Notes: generated by a model from the sequence alone, not told the origin. Positions 23,465 through 36,592 are shown, counted from the first letter of the stretch. The stretch: DNA of 64,000 bases from Macrostomum lignano (GCA_002269645.1 NIVC01001037.1:311632-375631), one strand, 5' to 3'. Numbers and translations: made by a program.

Positions 23465-24335
23465 TCAAAACGGCAAAGAGTTGAGCAGAGGCTGCGCCAA
23501 CTTTCGGCTTTCCGGATTGTCCAGGTAAACACTTTTGAACACAGTTGCCAATTCTGCAGGAAAGATCCGCTCGGTGATGAGTAAACTCACCGGCAGTTGC
23601 AGCCTCTGAGCGCGACAAAACACGCGCAGCAGGTAGCTTTCAGTAAGGTCGCCCGCTTCGCTCTCTGGTGGGCAGCCAATCAGCGCCTCGTGCAGAGTGC
23701 AGCCGAAGGCCCACATGTCACCCGCCTGCGTTGCCAGCTTTGGATCTTCGCTGCTGACCCGTCGTAGCTCCGGCGCAGTCCACGGGTCATAGCGCCGGTG
23801 ACTGTTAGCTACGTGAGCCGCAAGCTGAGACAGCATTCCGTAGTCGCTAAGCTTCAGCACGTGATTGTCAGTGACGAAAATGCTGGCCAGAGTGAGCCGG
23901 CCGTGAGTGATACTGTTTGAGTGCAGATAAGCTAGGCCGCTGAGAACCTGTTTGGCCACCATGTTACCAAACTCTCTATCCAAGCAGTGATGAATTTGGT
24001 CCCGATCTCTGATCCGATCGAGGCATTCGCTAAGCCGTCTTTTCGGCAGACTTATTGACAGTTCCAAAGTTGGTCGAGGCTCCAGACCGTACTTGATGTC
24101 GGCTACTTGGCAGAGATTGGCGGCCTCTGATTCTGAGCTGTCGCTCTTTGGGAACTTGAAACTCTGGACCATGGCATCATCTATCAGTTTCTGCCACTTC
24201 CGATCAGAGCTTTGAGTTTCTATTTTTAACATAAAATAGCCCATCGAGATGGACCGGTGAGCGGTGAAGGCTGCCGCGATTTCTTGGGAATCATCGAGGT
24301 CTTCAAAATGAACGGAAGATTGTCGCCGGTTTCTA
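23465..24335 (-). other. Pseudokinase domain exon resembling the receptor guanylyl cyclase kinase-homology domain
   Basis: LAYLH..ITHGRL (no HRD Asp), VLKLSDYGM, WTAPELRR, TQAGDMWAFG, and a subdomain XI-like NPESR. Confidence 0.8.
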
Positions 24336-27300
24336 CTAAAAAGCGAGAATAAAAGTGCCTCAGATTTATATTGTATTTCTATGCCTTGAATATAGCTCGT
24401 GTATTAGAAATGTATGACAGCCAGGAGGTTTGAAATCACCAAAAAGCAATCATCCATAAAATTCAGCATGCCCTACCTTGCATGACCCGCCAACTGCTCA
24501 AAACCAAACTGCTGTGCCATGGAGGTTAGAGATATGCTCGACTGGTAGCTGATGACTGAGGTTGTCAGCCGCCTTTGTGTGACACGCCGTGACGCAACTT
24601 GTGCGATATCTTCCGGCTCATCCTCTTCTTCGTCTGACTCTTAAGGTCGCTGATCAGGGAAATGGTCATAGTAGTGGCAACTTACCTCCGTCAAATGGCC
24701 CAGTGACTCAATTGTTGTTAGCCTAAAATGTAATCGATACGTTTGTGCATTTTTGGAAGATTATTATTAAGTAGCCACAGGATGTTACCTGTTTGTCACA
24801 TCCATGTGGCTGCCACCATGAAGCTCTCTACCAAGATCCTTCATCTTGCCATCATCCGAGTGGAGCATGAGAGCTAGCGCACTGTCTCCGTACCTATTTT
24901 TCGCCGTCAAAGAAGCTCCACTATCTAGCAGTGCTTTGGCACACTCCGTTGACTTTTCTTGTACCGCCAGCATTAACGGTGTCACGCCATCTTTGTCCAG
25001 CAAGTCCACTGCGGCATTCTTCGATAGCAAACCACAAACTGCAGTCAAATTAGATTTCTGAGCGGCCCAGTGAAGAGCGCTACTCTTAGTCTCATTCTGA
25101 TGGTTCACATCCAAAGCGAAGTTTTCCAACAGATAACTGAAGGCATCAGTTTTTTCGTGAAGTACCGAAAGCATCAGGGGTGTATCACAATGCAAGTCAG
25201 AGGCATCAAATAATTCGGCAGGCAAGTTTTGCTTCAAGTATTTTAAATTTTCAAGGTTCCCCGCAATCGCACCCAAATGGGCAGCATTGCGATTGAGTCT
25301 GTTGGTTCTCTTTAGGTCGCATTTGTATTCACTGTGAAGAACTAAGGTAAGCCTTGTTTTTTCTAGATTCACTGCTTCAAGAAGGGGTGTATCCCCATCA
25401 TTGTCCGCCTCCTCAAAGGATGCATTTCTCTGAATTAAGTACCGCAGGATAGGCTCATGATTAGCCACTACTGCCTTTTGCACTAAGCTGACACCGTGTT
25501 TTGTTTTAACTGACAAATCGCATTTAACTTTTTCAATGAGCTCTCGGCAAAGATGGAAATTGCCTCCGACAACTGACCGAGAAATTGGTGTCTCACCATC
25601 CCTATCTGGGCGATCCAGATCGACTCTCACATTTATCATCCATGTGCACATGGCCTCGTGACCAGTAAAGAACGCCATGTTTCTGGCACCGAAAAAGTTC
25701 TCATCCTCATAGTTTTGGCCCGTTTCGTTGCATAGTTGTTGCAAAACCTTCAGTTGTCCTTCAAAAGCAAGAATTTCAAAGACTGAGGGTGTCTTCTTAG
25801 AAAATTGAATCGACAACTCGCCTTTTGCACGAAGGTGTCTGAGCAAGCTCATGCTGTTCGACATAGCTGAAATATGGCTTACTCGATATTTATTTTGCTC
25901 TTCCTCAAGAATAAGTGCAGAGTCGAATCCCTTCTGGACTAAGAGCTCGTACATTTTCACACTGCCCTTCGACGCCGCAATGTGAAGAGCAGTTTGTCCT
26001 TGTTTGTTTCTCACGTTTTTCTCAAAGTCAAACCTCGTCAGAAGCCAAGTCAAAGTGCTGAGTTTATTCTCTTTAGCAGCGATGTGCAAAACTGTGTCAC
26101 CTTTATTGTTAACGTCATTCTTTGTCTCTGGATGCTTTTTCAATATTTGTCTAGCAACGTCAATCCTACCGAAAATGACAGCGCTTAGAAGCGGCGTGTT
26201 GCCTCGTTCGTCTTTCAAATTAACGCTGGCACCCCGGTTGAGCAGTTCGGTGATGAGCTCGCTGCGACTCGTCTCAATTCCTAGATGCAGCAGGTGCCAG
26301 TCCTTCTCGAGGCGGTCAATCGATAAACCGGCATTCAAAAGTTCATTTAGATTTTTAAACTTCATTTGAAGAAGATTTGTTCGAAATACCTCAAATGATG
26401 CTGGGAGCTTCTCTGGAAAAAGGGGGGCCTCCTCCGCTTGAAGCAGTCGGATGATTGACGTCTTGCCTTTGTGATAGGCCTTAGCCATAGCGGACACTCC
26501 TTCTGAGTTCAAAAGACTCAAATCAGGTTTTTTGTCCAAAATTGATTTGCAAATCTTAAAATTGCCTGCAGAAATAGCCATGAATAGAGGTGTCTCGCCC
26601 ATCTCGTCCACCGAATTAATGTCTGCCCCTTGCTGAAGCAGCAAGTCAACTAATTCAAGCTTTGAGCAGCGGGATGCCACATGAAGAGGAGTCTCCAACT
26701 TGCTGTTCTTGGCTTCCAAAAGAGTTGGATCTCGGTCGAGTAGGCTTTCAATCAGCTTCTTCAAACCTCCTTCGCATGCCAAGTGCAGCAAAGTGTTTCC
26801 GTTGGCATATTTGTTTGAAACATCGGAATCGCTCACCGGCAAAAGTTTGGACAGAACCTCTTCGTTGCCCCTCTGGTATCCAAGAGAGACCGCCGAGTGG
26901 CCTTCACAGTTGATTTGGCTTTTGCTGAGTCCAGCATCCACGAGCAAGCCAATCAGCTCTGCACTTCCTTTTGGTACGGCTAGCGTCAAGCAAGAATCGC
27001 CTGATTTGGTTAGACTCTCAATCGACATGCCTTTTTCTATTAAAACTTTCAAAACTTGCAACTTATTATATTTGCAAGCTACATGAGCAGCATTGAAGCC
27101 ATCCTCAGTGACGGCGTCCACGCTGCACCCACGCTCAATGAGTGTCTGCACCACCTCATCAGCACTCTTTGAAGTAGACGCGATTGCTAGCATCAGCGGA
27201 GTTCGACCGTCTTTCTGTTGATTGTCTACGTTGCAGCCAGCATCAATCAGCTGTTTGATAACTTTTTCCCGGTCCCAAACGATAGCGTACTCGAGTGCTG

Positions 27301-29916
27301 ACTTGCCAAAGATATCTTTCATTTCGACTAACTGCTGCTTTCGAGTGATCAAAGCCTCAATGATTTCACTGGATCCCGACTGAGCCGCGAGCATCAGCGT
27401 TGAGATTCCACTCGAATCAGCGGCATGCACGGGAACACCTAGGTCAATGAACCGCTTTGCAATATGGGCCTTACCGGATTCGCAGGCTACATGAATCACC
27501 TGACGGCCATCTTTGGAGAATGACTTAGGAAAACAGTTTCTCGACAGCAGAAAGTTAATGAGAGCCATCTTTTTCTTTTCACATGCCAGCATGAGCGGCG
27601 TTTTCCCTGACTTGTCTTCTTGATCTAAAAGACATCCTTTCTGATCTAGGAACCTAAGTAGTTCTAGTGATTCCGCTTGCACTGCCAAGTGGGCAGCATT
27701 TTCGCCCCCGTTGTTTCGAATATTGACATCTGCTCCCAAATCGTAGAGCTTCTCTGCCACCTCTTTATGCTTTTTTTGAACAGCTAGCATGAATGGTGTA
27801 TTGCCTTGAAAATCTTTGGCGTCCGTCTCAGCATGCATCTCGTTCGACAGAAAGTCGACAGCTTCAGTGTGCCCACCGACAGCTGCGTAATGTACCGCTG
27901 TTCTCCCTACATCACAAGTTGCTTCCAAGTCGCTCATTGCCTTTTCTGACGCTTTTATAAGACGAAGAACAGCGAGTTGGTTTCGTTTCGACGCTTGCAT
28001 GATGATTGTCTTTCCTTTTTTCGTAATATTCACCAGCTCTTCACCAATCGAGTCCAAGTACTGCAAAACATCCAAGCTTCCTTGCTTCGCAGCGATACTG
28101 CAGGCTGTGTTTCCAGCATTGTTTCTAGTCTCTACGTTGCATTTGTTTGTTACAAGTATTTGCAACATCTTCAAGTTTGCAGGCTTCATTGCTGCGATCA
28201 TCAGAGGCGTATTTCCTTTTTTGTCCTGGCAGTCGAGGGGTGCGGAGTACCGAATCAGAGCGTGCAGCATCTCCATGTTGTCGGTCGTTGCTGCATAGTA
28301 CGCCAGTGTGTGTCCGTTTTTGTCTATCACATTGATGTCGCAGTGTTTTTTGTACAGATACTCAACCAGAGGCAGCGACTTCTTCTGCGCAGAAACCAGG
28401 ATGGCCGTCTCCCCTCTTTTATTTGGCACATCAAGCTGGGCTTTCCGTTTCGCTAAAACCTTCACCGTAGCAAGGTCGTTGTTGAAGCTGGCTCTCAGGA
28501 CAGGAGTGATTCCGTTTTTATTTACTACATTCACATTGCACCCATGATCAGCCAGATACTCTACCATCTCGGGGCAGCGTACCTGACAGGCAGACAGCAG
28601 AGCTGTCTCACCATCTTTGTTATTCACAGCGTCCAAGGGCAGCCCACGCTCGTGCAGCTGCCGTAGCATTTGGAACCTTTTATAGAGAGCTGAAATAAGA
28701 ACTAGATCATTGCCGCTTTCATCGATTACGCTGCAGTCAGCTTTCTTCTCGTCGAGCAAATAGTCAAAGATCTCCTGGGAGCCGCAAACAATTGAGCAGG
28801 CTAGCGGGCACGTTCCTGTCTTGTCCTTGATATTAAAGTTCGCGCCTTCTTCGACGAGAATTTTTACAATATTTAAATGACTATTGACGATGGCAGAGAA
28901 AAGAGCGGTTCTGCCTGTGTCCCGAACTCTGTTCACGTCGCATTTTTTTGGATCAGCATTCTGACGATGCTGTCGTAGCCATTCTGAGCTGCGCAGAAAA
29001 GTGGAGAGCTGTTCGAATTGTCTGGCAGGTCAAGGTCCGCTTTAAGGCTGTCAACTAGGACCAGAAGCTCTTCAGATCCGTTAAGGGCGGCCGTGAAAGC
29101 GATAGTACGACCGTCTTTATATTGAAGGTCACATGGCTTGACGTCGTCTGTCTGCGGATAGTTGTTCAGCCAATATTCAATCATCTTCGTCGAGCCTTTC
29201 TGCGCAAAGGATAGTATCGATTCGTTGTGAACTTTGCAGTCGAATTGAAGAGATCTTTCTCGCTCTTGTATCAGATCTAAGGACTCACGATCTTCAGCAA
29301 TGAAGGCCAAATCTGCTGCAGTAAAGCCTTTCTTATTCCTCCATTGCAAATTTGTTCCACGTTCAACCAGAAGTCGGAGGAGTGGCCTGTGCTTCTTCAT
29401 TATTGCGAGCATAAGTGGCGTGTCTCCATCGCTGTCAGCGGCATTGACGTCGGCACCTCTGGATAGCAGCAGGTTAACGACATCAGATTTGTCTTCATAC
29501 GTGGCCGCGTGAAGTGCGGTAGCGCTTTTCTGACCTCGAGCATTCACATCGACCCCTTTCTGTAGCATCATGCTGCAAAATCCCACATTGCCTAGCGCAG
29601 CTGCGCCTAAAAATGCACCAATTTCTGCATTCACTTCAGTCTCATCTTCGCTGTCGGAGCTTTCGGATGACGAATCCTTCTCGCTACTCCCTTTCTCCGC
29701 CATAGCTTTAAACTTTTTAAATTTCGCTTTCATTTTCTTTTGCTCTTCTTTCATTCTTGCTTTTAATTCCTGAGGGTTATCCGGAAGGTTCAACTCTCTA
29801 CTCCGCCGTTCCATTTGCTCGACGAATTGTCGGGGAAGTCCTTCGCCAGCCTGCATAGACTGCAGAGCAGCAAACATGCTGCCCAGCTCCATCAGCATGG
29901 GATTGAGCTCCTCCAT
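23465..29916 (-). CDS. Giant ankyrin-repeat protein B fused to a C-terminal pseudokinase (about 2080 aa model); exons 29916-24789, 24722-24477, 24335-23465
   Basis: ORFs 28933-29916 and 24785-28936 are ankyrin arrays separated by one frame break in an A7 run. Donors AG|GTAACA and AG|GTAGGG and acceptors TTTTAG are all phase 2, and exon 3 is in frame with the kinase ORF. One in-frame TAA at 24643-24641. Confidence 0.8.
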
Positions 29917-31443
29917 ATTTGATGGAGTGGGTGCTTCTTTGTCTGAAAGAGAGGAATTTTATTTTAAATTCATGGTAGTCGCTATGAAAATAGTCCCAGA
30001 ATCCTGATAGATACTTAATATCAAGTCGCTACAGTGAGCATTTCTAGTTACAATTAAGACAGGTGACTCTAAAATCCGTGATTCTGGTGTCTGTTCTGCT
30101 TCTAACTTTAATCCATATCTAGCCGTTTGTACATAAGGTGTACGTGTTTAAGTAAAGCGGATATGCAAAGTTTGGTTCACTATAATTAACTTACCAGAGC
30201 AGTTCCTAGTTCTGCTGTGTTATTATTTAAGAAATCAAAAGTTAAAAAATGTAATGCCAAGAGCTGTAAAATCGCCATCTAGTTTTTAGTTCCATGTTGG
30301 CTGTGAATATTAAATAGGCCAGAGAAACGTGTGGTCTGTCTACCTACGTACATTTTAGCTCCTTCTAACTCGTAACTGGGGGCTGTACGCATGCGAGAGC
30401 GTATGAGCGTACATTCTGTGCAATTACCGGTAGCTATTTCTGGCCAGATGAGAATTCCCTTTCCATACCAACCCACTACGAGTATAGCACACGGGCAGGA
30501 TAGTCCGTCTTTTAAAAGCAACTTCTACCTTGTTATTACTCAGCAAGGGTTTCGGAGCGGAATGCTGGCTAAATTATATCAGAAGACTATAAGAGAATGA
30601 GGCATAAGTAAATTTGTTTTGGTAATTACTCTGCGAGAAGTAATTTGCGTTTATTGCCACTAATTTAGGCGTTTTATTTTCGCTGATCTGATCTGTGCAT
30701 TTCTGACTAAATTAATGATGCTGTGTCATACTTTTTGAGGCTTTATAAATCCTAAACAAGTCATTTAACTTGCTTCTTTCTCGGCCCTAGAGTTTGTGTT
30801 TTTATTTGAGTCTAAGCTCGAAATATATTACTGTGTACGTGCGTGGGACTGTCGGTACTACGCTCTGCAGGAGGGCTGGTGGGAACTGCTGTGATTCAAG
30901 ACGACCACAAACGAGCGTTACTCAGTCCCCTGAGCACACAAATACGGTACGTATTCAGGTACACAATAACATACTCGTAAAATGGGCTGTTTTACTGTCT
31001 CTCTTTGTCAGGCAGGTACCCGTTACGAGCTACCTTTGGGCGGCTGATTGCTTTAAAAGCCTCAAATTTATCGTCTGCCTGCTGGTCGGCGCTGGTGTTC
31101 CTTAAGATTTCTTCTTTATCAAACTTGCTCAACTGAATAATAGTAATAATAATTGATTACACATCAGTTCTCAGCAGTTCTTGTAGTCCCAGCTGTTTTT
31201 TTACACTTGGTTCTTCTCGGTTCTTCTTTTTGTTAGTCTTAAAGCCTTGTGGTCGGGCTTTTCTCTTGTCTTCCGACGGCCGGGTATCGCGCGGACCAAT
31301 AGGCCTCCGGTTATAAGTTGTAACTATTTTCTACCCGTAGTTCTGTAATTCTACCTCTAACTCTGCAATTCTACTTGTAACTCTGTAATTCTACTTGTAA
31401 CTCTGTAATTCTACCTGTTATTCTGTAATTCTGTAATCATGTA

Positions 31444-31853
31444 TGATTCTCCCCGGACTGGATGATTAGTAACTGTCACATCCTGTCTGATTCACCCCGG
31501 ACTGGATGATTAGTAACTGTCACATCCTGTCTGATTCACCCCGGAGCGGATGATTAGTAACTGTCACATCCTGTCTGATTCACCCCGGACCGGATGATTA
31601 GTAACTGTCACATCCTGTCTGATTCTCCCCAGACCGGATGATTAGTAACTGTCACATCCTGTCTGATTCACCCCGGACCGGATGATTAGTAACTGTCACA
31701 TTCTGTCTGATTCACCCCGGAGCGGATGATTAGTAACTGTCACATTCTGTCTGATTCTCCCCGGACCGGATGATTAGTAACTGTCACATCCTGTCTGATT
31801 CACCCCGGAGCGGATGATTAGTAACTGTCACATTCTGTCTGATTCTCCCCGGA
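31444..31853 (+). repeat. 44-bp tandem repeat CCCCGGACCGGATGATTAGTAACTGTCACATCCTGTCTGATTCA, about 9 copies
   Basis: Direct reading; head-to-tail, no spacers. Confidence 0.97.
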
Positions 31854-33008
31854 TAGGATGAAGAATAAAGAAAGTCGCATTTCCATTCGAATATTTGCCT
31901 TTGTTGAATGAACTCCGGATTATAAGGCAATATTTTTTGTTTTAATTTTTTTGCAAATTATTTTAAAGTTTTAAATTTTCTTACCGAAAGGGTTACAATT
32001 TTAAATTTAATTTTCAAAAAAGCATTCAAGCTGCTGCTGTTGTTGAATTCAGGTCTGAAAATGAATACAATAAAATTTTAAACAAATCATTTTTGACAGG
32101 TACGTCGTATTTATTATTTACGTTTCTACTTTTGAAATAAAAAAATACAGTAAGCATGGGATTCCACAGTGGGATCAAGAGAAGGCAGTGTCGCAGAGAA
32201 AAGATATAAAAATATTTTTGTAAAATTTTGAAACTCCTCAGTCGCTAAAAGCCAAACTTAGACAGTTAGAGTCATCAGCATTCGTCACTTTCTACTGTCA
32301 ATACAAAGTTGAGAATATTTTGCAGGCCTTTCTGAATTTTATTAGGAAACCAATGAACTTGTACGTTGTACTTCAGTTTAATGTTAGCAGCAACATACAT
32401 GTAACTGAGTTGGTTAAGTATGCATAGTCCAATGTCATAAAACGGTCCTTGCATTATCAGTGTTTAATATTCGGCAAGTGACGTTGGCCAGATATTGGTT
32501 AGATATAATTTTCTATTCAAGCACTTTAGAACTCAATCTACATACGAGTAAAAACTCTAAGCGGAAGTACACGTTATACTTCAAATTCTATACCGAAAAC
32601 TTGATTTTTACAACGCCCAAGGCTCGTTGCCAATGCAGTCGCATCACACGACTCATGCTACAAAGTGACGAAGTCAATGAGCGGTAAAGGGTTTTCTCGA
32701 TCACGAAAAACTAGTTTCCATTGATAGTGGCGTGAACGAGCCTTAGGTGAAGCAAAAAATAAGATAACTACGGGAGAACATTGACACAGAATTCAGAGTT
32801 ATTATCAGCTGTAAAAAAGTAACTAAGACACGTTCGCATTTTTGAAGGCTTCTAGCAGAAAGAATGCCTAGCCAAATCTATTGAGGAAAAACAGTTAAAA
32901 ATAAAAATCAAAACCTGGCACAGTTAAAAGAACAACAGACCGGCCAACAGTAAACTGTATTTTTGTGGTCAACTCACGCTTTTCATATTATTCAGCTGCT
33001 GTCTCCAT

Positions 33009-36000
33009 TCAGAGCAGGCTGCACCCGCCGCTGGGTGGATTTTCAATGTACAGCATGTTCTCGAAGCCGTACACGAAGAAGGCGCCGAGCCTGCTGTCGT
33101 GCTCGTAATGGCACTCGGTCACTGGGACGCCGCGCAGCTGGTGCCGCTGTCGGATCACCCGCTGACCGGAGAAGTTCTTGTCGTGCGCCGAGATCAGCTT
33201 GCGAGACGCTTCGTTGACGGCGCGATAGGGAAAGTTTGTGATCGGCGATACCTGCAAGTCAGGGATTGCGTTTCACTTTTTAGTCCATATTTGGCCCATC
33301 ATTCTTTGCGCGAACATCAACACAGAAGCGAACAATAGGCTTACACTTTCGGCCTCTTCCTCGAAAATAACCTTTCCCGTGACGTTCCGCACCAGTTCGT
33401 CGGGCATGTCAGTCTTCTCCTCGATAAAGTCAACGTCCTTTCGGCGCCATTCGCACTTCATTTTCACGGTGATGACCAGCCGTTTTTGCCCCTTGCAGGT
33501 GCTGCACTGCTCGTCGCCGTTGCCTTGGCACACCGGACAGCTGTATGGGGTGCCGTGGCGAAGGTTGCAAGTTGAAGTTCCAAATTGATTGGCACAGCTC
33601 TGACAATGCAGAGGAAGTTTCTAATTCGGAAATCTCATTCAATTTTCAGTGGGATTCAACGAAGATGATTAAAAATAACATAGCAAGATCTTTAAAGGAT
33701 AAAGATGAAGCAATTATACCTCGAAAGAAGTACAGGTAGCTCGTAGCTGTTTCACTATGGTAGTACAATGACACTAGACACGCATAAATCAGAAGTTCTC
33801 TAACATTGAATTAAGGACTCAAGGAACATTGTGATCACTATTCAGCATTAAGTTCTCCCTAAGAAGTCCTGGTTAGCAAGAGTAGCTCAGCGTTCGATTC
33901 TCGCACCAAAGTACTCTCGCACCAAAGTACTCTCACACCAAAGTACCAGGTCTAGTGCTCGAAATTCGACCTCCTGGACTCGTGCGATATTCTTACCCAT
34001 GAGGGCCAACTCCAGAGGCAAGAGAGTGTACATGCTTGAGGATGAGAAACTCAGAGCCGCTGTACATCCTATGCGAGAGTGTACTTGCGTAAGTTTCCAT
34101 GTGAGTCCAATGGGTTTGACTGTTTGCATCCTCGCTGGTTGCGGTGGCTGTGACCACGACTGTTGCATTGCATGGTTTTGCGGTTGGGCCCAAAGACCCC
34201 TGCAACCTAACCAACTAAGCGATTCTGATTTTTACCGATTTTTATTAGAGGCAGGGGGCTGTGTCTTTAGAGGCAGGGGGCTGTGTCTTTAGAGGCAGGG
34301 GGCTGTGTCTTTAGAGGCAGGGGCTGTGTCTTTAGAGGCAGGGGGCTGTGTCTTTAGAGGCAGGGGGCTGTGTCTTTAGAGACAGGGGGCTGTGTCTTTA
34401 GAGACAGGGGGCTGTGTCTTTAGAGGCAGGGGGCTGTGTCTTTAGAGGCAGGGGGCTGTGTCTTTAGAGACAGGGGGCTGTGTCTTTAGAGGCAGGGGGC
34501 TGTGTCTTTAGAGGCAGGGGGCTGTGTCTTTAGAGACAGGGGGGCTGTGTCTTTAGAGGCAGGGGCTGTGTCTTTAGAGGCAGGGGGCTGTGTCTTTAGA
34601 GACAGGGGGCTGTGTCTTTAGAGACAGGGGGCTGTGTCTTTAGAGACAGGGGGCTGTGTTTTTAAGCGAAATTGTCACACAGTCGGTGAGAGGCCGATCA
34701 CCGACAAGAAGTTAACCGCTATTACAACGGTAACTTCTAGTAGTTCTTGCGAGAGGCAACTCGTTATTTACTGCCCATTCTACCGACTCCCCTGAGCAAG
34801 CACACAAGCGCGCGGATACGTACGCAGTCGTAAACACAGGTACACACACACGCATACACACACAGGAGTGTACAGTGGCCCTACATTTATTTATCGTTAG
34901 GCATGTACACTTAACTGTGCCTTGGAGGTTGGCCCTCAGGGGTGTTAATAGCACGAGCAGAGCCAAGCCAAGATTCTAATGTAGCCTCAAATTAATGTGA
35001 CTGCGCTTGGATTCGAGCCTGGGCCACTGGTACATAAGACCACTGCTGCGCTACGCTCCCCACCGCTCTTACTGCTTCTTCCCGTGTCCGTCGCAGTCGC
35101 CGCACACCACCTTACGCGGCACCGCGCCCTGCGTCTGCATCTTTTTGCCCTGACCGGAGCAGCCGCTGCAGCTGACCGTCTTCTTGCCGCGGCACTTGCG
35201 GCAGGGCACTCGGCCGCTCTGGCTGCAGTGGTGGCACGGCTGCAAGTTGAAATGTGGTTTTTGGATTGGGAGGTAAATTTTTAAATCGTACGCACAAACA
35301 ATCACCGTGCTGCAATTTTGGTATCTATGGAACCCTTAAATACTATGGTAAAAAGTGTTCCAGTTTTTCTCCTTCCGTTATATTTTAGCTTGCGTTAACT
35401 TTTTTTAATATCACCTTAACCGATGCCGAGTGAGGTACGGTGATCTCTCTGTCCTCGTCCGCGAACATCTCTTTCGGGTGCAGCTCGATGTCCCAGGGGC
35501 CGGGGGCGCGGCCGTTCTCCCTGCCATCAAACTGCTGGCCCGTGTACGGCTCGTACGACCAGCAGGTGAAGCGGGACTCAACGAAACTCTCCAGGGAGTA
35601 CTGGATATTCAAAATGGTGGCTTGTAAATTTGTGAAAAGTCTCCATAGGTGGGGCAGTCACATATAACTGTGACATACCGTAGCCTTCACAACAAACTAC
35701 ACATCTTAAAGCTTAAAAGCAGGTCAGGTTTATAGCACTCACATGCCAGGCTAGCGTGTTCTCGACCTTTGTGATTGGCATGGTACGCAAGTGACCCTGG
35801 CCGTTGCAGCACTTCTTCGGCGAATGTTCAATGAGAGTCTGCCGAGCGATCTCCTCTGTTACCTTGGGCAGCCTGCGAGTGAGATTTTTCATGTCTATAA
35901 AAGCGTTACGACTCGTTGAAAGCAATTCCTTCCATGTTTTAAGTGCGACTTACTTTTCAAAAGTCTTAGCACCGGCTTTGGCATCGAATTCTTGCCTTTT

Positions 36001-36592
36001 AGCCTTCGGGGCAGGCAGCTGAGCGAGGGCTGAAACGCGGCGGTCAAGGAGGACGCCAATTGAACTTGAAACTAATACTAGTAGGTTTGGATCTGATCTA
36101 GCTTATCTAGGGAAGTGTCATAAAACTTCCTGACAATCTCTGCGTTTATACGTCAATATTACTTTGAAATAACGCCCAGGTATTTTTGCAATTATGATGG
36201 CAAAGAAAATGGCGGACATACCTGATGTATCTCTTGAAAGTGTCCTGAGAGAAATTTATAAAAAAAACTATTCACCAATTTTTACTACGAGCGTACATAA
36301 GACAGGGAGGTGTCGTTCGCAAGAGGGCTGGGCAGAAAGCCACTTTAAAACAAAGAATTTTCTTGGGCATTCGCCCCTCACCGCCAGGTACGCCGATCTT
36401 CTCGTATCCATCCAGCCCGTCCATCTCCTGCAGCTGCTTGTCGGCCGAGGCTCTCTGCTCCGCCAGCAACCGCTCGTCCTCGCTGTCGTCCTCGCTGTTC
36501 CTGCTGTTGTTCCTGTCGATGCCTCCGTTGTTGCCGCCGAGGCCACTGCCGCTATCGGAGTTGACGAAACCGACCTTCGACTTTGATGGCAT
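33009..36592 (-). CDS. SSUH2: SSUH2 homolog (DnaJ-type CxxCxGxG zinc-finger protein); exons about 36592-36382, 36029-35954, about 35911-35743, 35600-35415, 35239-35073, 33540-33345, 33251-33009
   Basis: VTEEIARQTL..KKCC, YSLESFVESR.TCWSYEPY..DG...GPWDI, VPHSASVK, repeated CxxCxGxG, VSPITNFP, and FVYG...Y motifs match SSUH2 as recalled. Ends in CSLL. Exon-3 acceptor uncertain. Confidence 0.9.
34245..34659 (+). repeat. 22-bp minisatellite AGGCAGGGGGCTGTGTCTTTAG, about 19 copies, SSUH2 intron
   Basis: Direct reading. Confidence 0.97.

Noticed and set aside
15405-29773. Numerous plus-strand ORFs antisense to the ankyrin genes
   Set aside because: Shadow ORFs with no independent motifs.
14278-29916. 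Horizontal transfer of the ankyrin arrays from endosymbiotic bacteria (long single exon, less GC3-biased than neighbours)
   Set aside because: Spliced flanking exons are conserved between the paralogs and no bacterial context is visible; it cannot be supported without a phylogeny.
30540-31330. LTR-like segment sharing TAAATTATATCAGAA with the reverse complement near 7412 (similar style at 51480-51930)
   Set aside because: No paired LTR, TSD, PBS or coding remnant; boundaries unsupported.
31444-31853. CRISPR-like appearance of regular arrays (also 9074-9519 and 63713-64000)
   Set aside because: Head-to-tail units with no unique spacers, no cas genes, and a eukaryotic context.
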